Assembly (NCBI RefSeq): GCF_964194155.1
Contig: NC_135909.1
Location: 62,001 to 126,000 of the forward strand
DNA length: 64,000 nucleotides
Direction: 5' to 3'
Origin: Cetorhinus maximus
Lineage: Eukaryota
In this document: in pieces, positions 11,750 to 22,846 of the stretch
How the letters are laid out: each line of letters begins with the position of its first letter
Numbering within the stretch: position 1 is the first letter of the stretch
The notes under the pieces: generated by a model
The model's input: only the letters and a program-made list of their open reading frames with translations
Told to the model about the DNA's origin: nothing
Databases searched by the model: none
Program-made: the position numbers and the translations under genes

Positions 11750-12430
11750 GGAAATCCCACCCCCGCCTCCCGTTCCCATTGGCCCGCTGGCCCATCGCTC
11801 ACCGTTCGGAAATCCCGCCCCATCCGCTCCCACTGGCCGACGACCCCGGCTTCCCTCCGTTCCGATAGGTCCACCCGATGATCAATCGTTGTGCGGAAAT
11901 CCCCGCCCCCCCCACCGCCGCCTCAGGCACACCCTATTGGTCGCGGCGCCACGGCTTTTCCACTCCCATTGGTCTTCTTGATAATCAATCACCATCCTCT
12001 GTGGCGGGGGGGGGGGGGTGTGTGAACTTCGCCAACTGTCCGTTCCCATTGGCCGCCGCTCCAGGTTTATTCAGTTTCGATTGGTCCGTCTGATAATCAA
12101 TCATTCCCCGGAGATCCCGCCTCACCAGCTCGGTCCCATTGGCCGCCCGCCGTTCCCGAGAGCTTCCAGTTCCGACTGGTCCATTCGTTAATCAATCACA
12201 GTCCAGCGGCCGGATAGGAAATCCCGCCTATCAATCGCCGCTCATTGGCCAAAGCGGCGTGGAGGGTGGGGGGGGTGGGCGGGTTGCTCTGTCAATCAGG
12301 AAGCGGCGAATCAGAGGCTCCAGCCGCCTCGGCACGCAGAGTCCGACCCGCCTCCGCCAAAGGAGGCCTGTGATTGGTTAATATCCTCCGTCGCTACCTT
12401 TCGACTGGCTCCGCCGGCCGTCAATCATGT
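11750..12430 (-). promoter_or_regulatory. STIP1 CpG-island promoter with multiple CCAAT boxes, GC boxes and PBX-type motifs
   Basis: High GC/CpG; ATTGG at 11778, 11936, 11968, 12048, 12080, 12138, 12244, 12373 (all the same orientation); repeated (A/G)TCAATC and GGAAATCCC motifs. Confidence 0.85.
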
Positions 12431-13639
12431 CAGTGACTGACAGGTTTTTCAACCTGGGGGAACATTCTGGAGCTTTGCTGAAGGAGTCAATTCACTTTTA
12501 GAGTCGTTATAAATAAATTGCAACGCCCAATTGCAATTCCAATTATGTACCTGGCTGGGCGTGCAGCTTCAGAAATGCAAAAATATGCAAAAATAAATAA
12601 ATATGCAAATGTGTGCAAAAAATAAAATCAGAATTTTGGACCTTTTTTATGGTTTTAATTCACTTCAGGCTTTCTTTCCTCCCCACCTTTGCTTCCCTCC
12701 CCAAGCCTTTGGCAATTTACTTTCATATGGCTGCCACGTCGAGTAAAGAATTTGTATTTTCCAATTCTCACAGCCCAGCAAGTGCTGAATGAAGTGCAGC
12801 CACTGTTGTTGAGTAGGCGCACAGCAAGATCCCACAAGCAACAATGTACAAAATCATGTGTGGAGTCATATACTTCTGTGGCAAAATGTACAACCTCAAC
12901 TCACTTAAATTGCATCATTTACAACCACAGACACGCAAGAAATACCAAGTCAAATAACATGCAACAATGCTTTTTCAGTGTAATTGTTATCACCAGCTCA
13001 ATTTCTTTTGCAAGGATAAGCTATTGATTTTTCTATGCAGTGAGTTATTGTCTGAAATACATTGCCTGAAAGGGTGGAAAAAGATTCAATAATAACTTTC
13101 AAAAGGGAATTAGATAAATACTTGGGGGGAGGCGGAATTTACAGGGCAGTGGCGGGAAGCACAAGGGAGTGAGACTATTGAAATAACTCTTTTTAAAAAG
13201 CTGGTAGAGGCGCAATGGGCTGAATGGCCTCCTGTGTGCTGCTGATTGCAAAAGAGAAAAATAAACACAGAATTAAGCTACTCGGCCTAACCAGTCTGTG
13301 CAACTGTTGATATTCCAAGTGAGTTTTCTCCCAGCCTACCTAACTTATCTCAGTTTTATTTTCTATTCCCTTTTCTCTCCTGTACTCGTCCAATTTCCTT
13401 TTGAAAGCATCTAAGCATTCACCTCAACCACTTTCTGTGGTAGCGAGTCCCACATTTTAGCCAGTCTAAGTAAATAAATTTTTCCTGATTTCCCCTTTGG
13501 ATTTATTTATGGCACCTAGTTTTGGATTCTCCCACATTCTCCCTATTCCCTCTACTGCCACATTATGAGTACTAACAGATCTCCTCTTCTCTTTTCTTAA
13601 CATCTCAATTTAAAAATTTTAATCCATGAATTCAGAGAC

Positions 13640-14180
13640 CTCCCTATCTCTGTAATCTCCTCCAACCCTACCTATCTCTGTAACCTCCTCCAGTCCCTAC
13701 AACCCTCCCTATCTCTGTAACCTCCTCCAGCCCCTACAACCCTCCCTATCTCTGTAACCTCCTCCAGCCCCTACACCCCTCCCTATCTCTGTAACCTCCT
13801 CCAGCCCCTACAAACCTCCCTATCTCTGTAACCTCCTCCAGCCCCTACAACCTTCCCTATCTCTGTAACCTCCTCCAGCCCCTCCAATACCCCCTATCTC
13901 TGTAACCTCCTCCAAACCTCCCTATCTCTGTAACCTCCTCCAGCCCCACAACCCTCCCTATCTCTGTAACCTCCTCTCGCCCCTCCAATACTCCCTATCT
14001 CTGTAACCTCCTCCAGCCCCACAACCCTCCCTATCTCTGTAACCTCCTCCCGCCCCTCCAATACTCCCTATCTCTGTAACCTCCTCCAACGCTACAATAC
14101 TCCTTATCCCTGTAATCTCCTCCAGCCTCTACAAACCCCCCCCATCTCTGTAACCTCCTTCAGCTCCTACAACCCTCCGT
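13640..14180. repeat. About 37-bp C-rich minisatellite (CCCTCCCTATCTCTGTAACCTCCTCCAGCCCCTACAA), about 15 variable units, embedded in an L2 3' end (about 13600-14480, +)
   Basis: About 15 CTGTAA-containing units; the sequence continues into a typical L2 3' end (GCCGTGCCTTCAGCTGCCTGGGCCCT...CCTTAAAACC). Confidence 0.9.
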
Positions 14181-14870
14181 GGATCTTTGCACTCCTCCAA
14201 TTCCGGCCTCTAGACCATCCCCTGATTTCCATCACTCCACCGTTGGTGGCCGTGCCTTCAGCTGCCTGGGCCCTCAGCTCTGTGAATTCCCTCCCTATAT
14301 CTCTCCATCTCTCTCCTCCTTTAGGACACTCCTTAAAACCAATCTCTTTAACTTAGTCTTTGGTCAACTGCCTGATATATCCTTAGGTGGCTCATGGTCA
14401 AATTTTTTTGTCTGAATTAGGCTCCTGTGAAGCAGCTTGGGGGATGTTTTACTACATTTAGTAGTGCTATATGAATGTCAGCTGTTGTTTGTTTTCTTTA
14501 TTCTTTCATGGGATGTGGGCGACACTGGCAAGGGCAAAATTTGTTACCCATCCCTAATTACCCTTGAGCTGAGTGGCTTGCTAGGCCATTTCAGAGGGCA
14601 GTTAAGAGTCAACCATATTTCTGTGGGCCTGGAGTCACATGTAGGCCAGACTGGGTAAGGATTCCCTTCCCAGGAATCAGCCGAGTGAACCTTCTCTGTT
14701 CTGATTGGTTGAAGTATCGCCATGGAGAAAGAAACAGGGAACCATAGGTTCCCTAAGCTCCTGGGTAACTCACAAAAGGCATAAGGTTTGAGTACCTTTT
14801 GCAAAGAATGGGCCTGGCATTTGAATGCATGTTGCTTCTAGCAAGTGTGAATGAACCATGTTACAAGTTT

Positions 14871-15040
14871 ATAAAAACAAAAAACTGCGGATGCTGGAAA
14901 TCCAAAACAAAAACAGAATTACCTGGAAAAACTCAACAGGTCTGGCAGCGTCGGCGGAGAAGAAAAGAGTTGACGTTTCGAGTCCTCATGACTCGAAACG
15001 TCAACTCTTTTCTTCTCCGCCGATGCTGCCAGACCTGCTG
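14871..15040. mobile_element. Penelope-derived fold-back insertion with 13-bp TSD
   Basis: Arms 14933-14984 / 14990-15041 (52 bp, 2 mismatches); TSD ATGTTACAAGTTT at 14858-14870 and 15041-15053; same family as 44980-45504. Confidence 0.85.
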
Positions 15041-15877
15041 ATGTTACAAGTTTGACTGATTAACTTAAATTGGTTGGTTGTTGGTGTAGCTATTGGTTAC
15101 GGTAGCTGTTGGCTATATATTTAGAGAGTAAAATACCACTCGGAAGGATCACTGGCTAACTCTGACCTCTAGCAAAGGGTATTTACTGCAGGTTTAGAAA
15201 TTACTTAAAAGTTCAGAAGTACATCAATAAAGTGAATCTGCTTGGACAAGATTTCACCTGTAAGATATGTTTTGCCCCATATCGTACTTAGCCCTGCTAG
15301 AACCGACAGAATAAATTTTACTAATTAAGTGGAAATAAGTTTGCACCTTGTTGTAGCAACAGTGTTGTTATGACAGTTTTCACAATTTGGTTTTAACATG
15401 CTGCAATATATATATTTAAAAAAAAAAGAAATATTTAGACGAGCACTTGAAACATCAAAGCACGCAGGGCTACAGGCCAAGTGCTGGGAAGTTAGATTAG
15501 AATAGATAAGTGCTTGATGGCCAGCATGGACACAATGGGCCGAAGGGCCTGTTTCTGTGCTGTATGACTCTATGACTCTAAGCGCATTAGTGAACCAGAT
15601 GGGTTTTAACAACAACTGATGATAGTTTCATGGTCACCATTAATGAGACTAGCTTTAAATTCCGGATTTATTAATTTGAATTTAAATTCCACCAGCCGTT
15701 GTGGGATTTGAACCCGTGTCCCCCAGAGAATTAGCCTGACCTTCTAGATTACTAGCCCAGTGACATTGTTTAAAAATACCATGACCGTACTATGATCCTA
15801 CAAACTCTCTCAAACACTGAATCTGGTGGTATTTTAATTTTGAGAGTGTGGGAAGGGCACCCATAGAAATGGGGCAG

Positions 15878-16110
15878 AGAACTACAAATCCCATAAACCC
15901 TCGCTCCGGGTCACCGCCCCCACTGCTCCCTGATTGGTCCGCCTTTGGGGGTGGCGGTCATGTGCCCCGGAAGAACTAGCCTCGTCAGTGAGGATTAAGC
16001 GAGAGAGAGAAAAAAAAAATCAAAATATTGCAACGGGTTCGACGGTGCAGCCACCTGCTCGTAGGTGCAAAACAAAAAAAAGGCGATAACGGTGTTTCGG
16101 GAGCGGAGCG
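15878..16110 (+). promoter_or_regulatory. MACROD1 promoter / 5' UTR (CpG island to about 16420)
   Basis: ACTACAAATCCCA (ZNF143/THAP11-type) at 15881-15893, ATTGG at 15933, GC boxes, CCGGAAG (ETS/GABP) at 15967-15973, half-CRE CGTCA near 15983. Confidence 0.75.
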
Positions 16111-16405
16111 ATGGAGAAACTCGTCGTCGGGGTCGGCCGGAGCCGACTTCATTGGAACGGGCGGCCGTTGGTGTGGGCGCGCGGCGCGGCTTCGAACGCG
16201 TTCCGAGTCCAACGGTCGCCACGGCCGGCGGCCGGCGGCGGCTTGGCGCCTGCGCGCTGGCTGTTGCCCGCCGGCCGCGGGCCCCGCCGCCCTCACTCGC
16301 TGCCGTCGAGCGCAGCGGCCGCTGGCGTCTCCACGTCGCTCGGCCGCATGTCCGCCAAAGGGTTTACCCCCGCTCACCTTGACGCCGACTGGAAAGTGGC
16401 GAAAA
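16111..16405 (+). CDS. MACROD1: ADP-ribose glycohydrolase MACROD1, coding exon 1 (mitochondrial presequence-like N-terminus)
   Basis: gcgATGG start; Arg-rich, acid-poor leader ending ...MSAKGFTPAHLDADWKVAK (cf. MACROD1 DWKEAK); phase-1 donor A|GTAAGT at 16406. Confidence 0.85.
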
Positions 16406-18453
16406 GTAAGTATTTCACCGCCACTCCACACAAAGCTCCAAGTTTACCAAAATATATTTCACTCATGTTGCTGGAAATAAAAGTTGGGTCAAAGGGGCGG
16501 GTTTTAAGGAGTGTCTTAAAGGAGAAGAGCAGCTGAGGGAGGGAATTCCACAGATTAAGGTTTAGACACCTGAAGGCAATGGTGAGGCCTCGGGCATCAA
16601 GTGATGTGCAAGAGGTGACTATTATTGGTCATCATTTCCGATCAATATTTGTTAATCAGTTTTACTATAAACACTAGCACCATCTGGTCACAGGCTTTTA
16701 AACTCTGTGGAATGAACCTTTGCCCATGACCACCTTTTGCATATTTACAAACCACTTGCATTCATCAAGTCAACATGGGCATTATTATTTACTACTTTAC
16801 CATAAAACAGCAAAACCCGAGAGGAACTGTTAAAACGAAGGCACGTTGTAGCAGAGGTAGGCCATTCAGCCCCTTCGAGCCTGCTCTCCCATTCAGTAAG
16901 ATCATGGCTGCTTTGATTGGCGTCTCAACACCCACTTTCCTGTCTGCCCCCCCCCCAAAACCCTTGAGTCCCATGCTTTATTTAGATAGTCAAGCCTAAC
17001 TCTGCTTTGAATAAATTCAATGACCTTGCCTCCAATGCTTTTGGGGGAAAGGAATTCCATATACTGATGACTCAGAGAAAAAAAAATCCTCATCTCCTTA
17101 AATCTCCCTCTTCTTCTCAATCTCCTTCTTAATCTCCCTCTTATTCTTAAACTGTGTCCCCCTAGTCCTAGTCCATCCCCTACAAATGGAACCATCCTCC
17201 CTATCTACCCTATCAAGCCCCCTCTCAGTATCTTACATGTTTCAATAAGATCATTTCTCATTCTTCTAAACTCCAATGGTTATCGACTCAACCTGTTCAA
17301 CCTTTCTTCATAAATTAAGCCCTCATCCCAGGAATGAGTTGAGTCGACCTTCTCCGAACTCCTCTGAACCAAATTATATCTTTTTTTTCAAATAAGGGGA
17401 CCAAAACTGTACACAATATTCCAGATGTGGAATATAAAATAAAATAAGAGTTAAAATTACTGTACACTCCTTAATCTCTTGACCTCCTCCCTGTCTTATT
17501 CAGGGACTTTTTATAGTTTATGGAATTCAAAATAAAATCGACAACAGGCAGGTAAGCAGAACACTCACTTTGCCTCACCTCCTCTCCTCACACATGCAGT
17601 TTTTGAGTTTAAAAAGAAACAATAAATTTCATCTAAATAAAGCTTTAGAAATCCACCATATTCTCCAAAATTATTGGAACAAAAGTTACTGAATATCCAC
17701 GGCTAGAAGCTAAAGAAAAATATTTCACCACTACAGTTGTCTGGTACTTCGCCATCATGGGAATTTATGTACACTGCAAACGCTCAGGACGTAACATTCA
17801 AAACATTGTAAGGTCACAGCTATGGGTAAAAAGTATCAAGTCCAATTGCAGGGATTTGGAAGAGTTTTTCAAGTGAAAACTTTAATGAAAGTATAAAAAT
17901 ACAGTAATTTATCAACTTATTGTGCGACATGTCATTTGTTTTGGTCCCCATTTGCACTTTAAGTTAACTAAGTTTGTGGGGAGAGGGGGCTGCAAGAGAC
18001 TCAGGTGCTGTGACTCGGGGAAGAAAAATTTGTCCAGGGTTCCTGGGACTGACTGCTGACTGTACATGTGTGTGGGCATGAGGGGTGTCGACTCTGCCTT
18101 AACATTCAGGAGTGCAGTAACAGAGAGGCCACTGGACTAATGATCTGTGAGTTCAAATCCCATCATGGCAGTTGGGGATGGAATTTAAATTTAGTCTTGG
18201 AATAAATTCTGGAATAAAGCTAGTATCATCAATGGTAACCGTAAAACTACTGGATTGTCTTAAACACCTATCTAGTTCACTAATGTCCTTTAGAGAAGAA
18301 AATCTGACATCCTTGAGCCAACATGCCTCTGCAGAAAGAGGTACCGTAAATATTGGTCAAGACTTGCAATAGGCTGTTTATGGTTGGGTCCAGGAGGAAA
18401 TTCAGGGCCATAAATACAGAACCTTTTTTGTTTTTGTTTTTTTTTCCAAAAAG

Positions 18454-18555
18454 AGCACTTGGAGAAAATTGATCGCACAGAAAGACGAAGTTACTACAAA
18501 GCTGAAAGATTTGTTATCCTCGATGAGATTCAAACATGGAAAGACTTTGCTGAAG
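18454..18555 (+). CDS. MACROD1: MACROD1 coding exon 2 (102 nt)
   Basis: (K)HLEKIDRTERRSYYKAERFVILDEIQTWKDFAE; long T tract plus AG 18452-18453, donor G|GTGAGT; phase 1-1. Confidence 0.9.
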
Positions 18556-21500
18556 GTGAGTCAGAGATTGTTATACGTAAAAGGACAAACTAAGCTCGAA
18601 GGAGATAGGTCCATCAAGAAGTTAGTACTCTGAAGGATGAAACGTTTCCTATGTTCCCTTTCAGCCAGGAGAAGAGTGGAGGGAGGGTGTGGTCTACAAT
18701 TCTACTGAAGATTTACAAGGATGTTGCCAGCAATGTGTGGGTGTACATATCAGGAAAGGATGGACAGGCTGGGTCTTCTCTCTAAAGAAAAGAAGGCTGA
18801 GGGTGACCTAATAGAGGTCTTTAAAATTCTGAAAGATTTTGATAGAGTGGATACAGAGAGAATGTATCCTCTTGTGATGAAGAGCAGAACTAGAGGCCAC
18901 CAATATAAAATAGTTACTGAGAAATCCAACAGAGAATTCAGGAGAAACTCCTTTACACAGAATGCTGAGAATGTGGAACTCCTACTACAGTTGCTGAGGC
19001 AAATGGTATAGATGTATTTAAGGGGCTAGACAAGTATATGAGGGAGAAGGGAATAGAGGGTTACGACAATATATTTAGATGAGGAAAGATTGGAGGAGAC
19101 TGGACTCGAGCATAAACACTGGCAAGGACTGAATGGCCCGTTTCTGTGCTATATATCTTATGTAATCTGATGTACAATTCCTCTCAGTGTCCCTGAATCA
19201 GGAAACAGTCAAATAAAAACAGAAATGCTGGAAATACTCAACAGGTCAGTGTTTAGAGAAACAGAGTTAACATTTCCAATGACCTTCCTGGAAGAAGTTA
19301 AGAGATTTAACAGTCTGTAAACAAGTACAGTCATGGAAAGAAGATGTTAGGGGGGGCAGGGGGGAGGCAGTGTTAGGGGTGCTGGGTATGGTGGGAACAA
19401 TCAGCCAAGGTTTCCAATCTCAATTATTAGCTGGTGATCTTTGCTGGAAGTCTGCATGTGTGAAAGTTTGATGAACAGAAGATTGGACCCGGCTCTGGCA
19501 GTGTCTAGATCGCCGGATACATTTTTTCCCTCCTCGGTGCACAAAAGAAGAGTGGCCATTTCATTGAGGTACTGTAACCTTTTCCCAGTGCCGTTCTGAA
19601 TCCTCACAAGAGATGCAAAAAAGTTAGTGGAGCGGATAGAATAAAACTAATTGTAATCAATGAACTTCACAATTCAGAGCCCATCTAAGCCTTACAAAAT
19701 GCATGTGTTTGAGAAGAAATGTGTATAGATATGATTAAATTATTGCAAAACATCAACTTATCCAGTTCTGACAGCTCAGTAGGAAATTAGTCCCACTTCC
19801 TTCAAATACATGTTATAGACACACGAGGGATGACAGAATAATAAATGTACTTAATCTCTGCCAAAGGCAGTATAAATATTTTACACCAATATTATTCCTA
19901 CAAGAGCTTGAAAGCTGCAGAACCAGTAACCGACAAAACTCAGCGAGTCATATATTTCTCAAAAAACAACCTGTCCCGTCAGTATACAAAACATTGTGTG
20001 CTCTATATTATCCATCCATTAGCCAGAGGCACTCTGTAAAGATTGTATTTTTCAGCATGTGGGAATGCGATGAAAAGACCACTGAATGCCATTGAAATGA
20101 AGTACCAGTCCCTGACACACATTCTCCGTTGTAGGCTAATCATAGTACATGGCTCGTATTGATTTCAAGGTGTTCCAGTTTATCATTGTGATGTGAAGTC
20201 ACCCGAAGCAGTTTTAGGTCAGTGATATGAGCCCATTTCCAGGAAATGATTATACGTTGCCTCGGTTGACGCATTTACTGTGTCAACCAAGGCTCAGTCG
20301 TCGCACCTTCAGCTCACAAGGCTGTAAAAGGTCCCATGGCACTATTTTGAAGAAGAATGGGAATTTTCTCCAGTGTTCGGGCCAATATTTATTCCGTGAT
20401 CGGCATCATATAAACCGATTATCCAGGTCATTATCACATTGCTGTCGTTTGAAACTGTGTGTGAACTAACTGCCCCATTTCCTGCATTACAATGGTGACT
20501 ACACTTCAGAAAGTACTGAATTGGCTGTAAAATGCTTTGGTGTTCGTGAAAGGCACTATATAAATGCAAGTCTTTCAATTCTTTTTTTGGCTTCACACCA
20601 GCTACAGTATAACTACAATTGGCATTAAAATAAAGTTTAAAAACTCTCCAGGTGGTTTGAATTTTCACACACATATTGCATGTTCACTCAGATTGCTTTG
20701 CCTGCTTCTCATCACTGCAGGGCAGGAACCTGTCTCAGACTCATATGTATAATAAAACCAGGTCAGTACAGTTATTGCTCCATAGCTAAGTCTGATCGTC
20801 TTATTCTGGGAAATCTATTAATTTTAACTCCTACTTTATAAACTCTGCTTTATTAAGGAATTGCTTTTTATGCAAGCTCATGTAGAGAATAAATGCCAAA
20901 ATGGACTGTTTGGGCTGAATGACCCATTTCTGTGTTATAACTTCTATGTAATTTTAAGCAATACTTTCAGGGATAGCAATGGTTTATCATCGAGTTTTTT
21001 TAAAAATTCATTTACAGGATGTGGGTATTGCTGGCCTGCCTGGCATTTACTGCCCCAGAGAAGTTGGTGGTCAGCTGCCTTCTTGAAAACAACTGAATGA
21101 TTTGCTAGGGCAGTTAAGAGTCAATCTTTTCCTTCGGCAACACCTTCCAAACCCACGACCTCTACCACTTAGAAGGACAAGGGCAGCAGACACATAGGAA
21201 CACTGCCACTTGCAAGTTCCCCTCCAAGCCACACACCATCCTGACTTGGAAATATATCGGCCGTTCCTTCACCGCCACAGGGTCAAAATCCTGGAACTCC
21301 CTTCCTAACAGCACTGTGGGTGCACCTGTACCACATGGACTGCAGCGGCTCAAGAAGGCAGCTCACCACCACCTTCAAGGGGCAATTATGGATGGACAAT
21401 AAAAGCTGGCCTAGCCAGCGACACCCACATCCCATAAATGATAAAAAAACACATTGCTGTGGGTCTGGAGTCACATATAGGCCAGAGCGGATTAAGGACA

Positions 21501-21975
21501 GCAGATTTGCTTCTCCAAAGGGCATTAGTGAGCTAGATAGGTTTTTAAAACTACCCATCAGTTCCACAATCACCATTACTAATACTAGCTTTTTATTCCA
21601 GATTTATTAAATTTCCCAGCTGTTGTGATGGGATTTGAACTCAAGTCTCTGAATTATTAGTTCAGGCCTCTGGATTACTAGGGCAGTAACTTGAACAATA
21701 TACTACCACTATCATTAAGTAAAAGTGGCTACTTAGAAACTAAATCTACTTTAATTTCTTTTTCCAGTCCCGTTATTGCTGCTCTGGTTAGAAAAACAAA
21801 CACAGCTCATTATTTTACACGTAGCAAAGTCAATTTTTTTGGTTTGTGTAGAAAGTAAACTTGGAAAATTCCTGTGTCAATACATTATAGAATTGTTCCA
21901 GAGTACCTTCATTCTGATTAACAAAACAATGAGTAAATGCCCAAAAATCCTTTTGAAGATCTGTTTCCCTGGAGC

Positions 21976-22551
21976 TTAAGGATTTTTTCTGTGTTTAATA
22001 GAAAACAGCTTTTTAACCATAGTTTTTTCACTTCCGTGGTTTGCACTCGACACATCCTTCTCTAGGCTTTGAGCTTGTTGAGTGGAGATTAATCCGCTTT
22101 TGTAACATTCCAGTTCTTCCTGTGCAACAAGCAACTGAGCCTTCAGTTTGTTGCGTTCTTGCAATACATCCCTCAGTTCCTGGAGTGTGAAACGTGGTCG
22201 ATTTGGGTCGTTAACATCCACCACTAGTTTGTCCGGCCCAGTGTTCTGCTGCTTCTCTGAATCGCTTCTCGCCTCTTGGAGTTCTCTCCGAAGTCTTTCT
22301 GTTTCCGTCCTCAGGTTGTCGCGTTCAATTTTCAGCGTATCTGCTGTAAGGTTCTGCTTGTCCACCAGAGACTCAAATATTTCTAGAACTCTGATTATCT
22401 TGTACTGCAGCTCAGAGACTGTGTGGTTGTCTTCCAAGCTGCTGAGTTTGAATAAATCACGGCCAATGATGTAAGACATATCGTAGACATCTTCAGCTGT
22501 GAGCTCGAATGGATCTTTGTCAAATGCTGATGTAGGATTCAATTCCTCCAT
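21976..22551 (-). CDS. RILPL2: RILP-like protein 2, intronless ORF (191 aa) nested antisense in MACROD1 intron 2
   Basis: RH1 motif PFELTAEDVYDMSYIIGRDL...IIRVLEIFESLV, RH2 motif DPNRPRFTLQELRDVLQERNKLKAQLLVAQEELECYKSGL and C-terminal EKTMVKKLF all match RILPL2; no stops or frameshifts. Confidence 0.93.
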   Translation of the reverse strand: MEELNPTSAFDKDPFELTAEDVYDMSYIIGRDLFKLSSLEDNHTVSELQYKIIRVLEIFESLVDKQNLTADTLKIERDNLRTETERLRRELQEARSDSEKQQNTGPDKLVVDVNDPNRPRFTLQELRDVLQERNKLKAQLLVAQEELECYKSGLISTQQAQSLEKDVSSANHGSEKTMVKKLFSIKHRKNP

Positions 22552-22699
22552 CGATTTTCCTTCCAGTGTCTCCTCACTCTCCTGCCAGACTAAAACTGAA
22601 AATAAAACCAGCTGATCATCTAAAATGAAGAACTGTTGTTTTACAAATGGCTTACTTCAGAAAAGCTTCACTCCATAATATTCATTATAACATAGGCAG

Positions 22700-22846
22700 A
22701 TTTCCGTTGGAGTACTATAACCGTTTTCCACACTTCCTCTTTGTGTACCCAAGTTTCACATGACAGGAAGCAGGAGGGTTGTTTGATTGACAGTTTTTTT
22801 AAACCAACCCAGGGTTTTGTTTGGCAATCCCCAGTTGCTTAGCAAC
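22700..22846 (-). promoter_or_regulatory. Putative promoter of nested RILPL2: RFX X-box, PBX/MEIS-PKNOX decamer, E-box, ETS and MYB-like motifs
   Basis: GTTGCTTAGCAAC 22834-22846; TGATTGACAG 22784-22793; TCACATGAC near 22756; CAGGAAG near 22764; CCGTTG near 22704. Confidence 0.6.

Noticed and set aside
11506-12381. Pro/Arg-rich ORFs over the STIP1 promoter
   Set aside because: Stop-poor GC-rich sequence with no recognisable protein similarity.
15985-16536. Several overlapping ORFs on both strands
   Set aside because: By-products of the GC-rich CpG island; only the frame starting at 16111 splices in phase into recognisable MACROD1 exons.
22148-22474. 108-aa plus-strand ORF
   Set aside because: Antisense shadow of the RILPL2 CDS.
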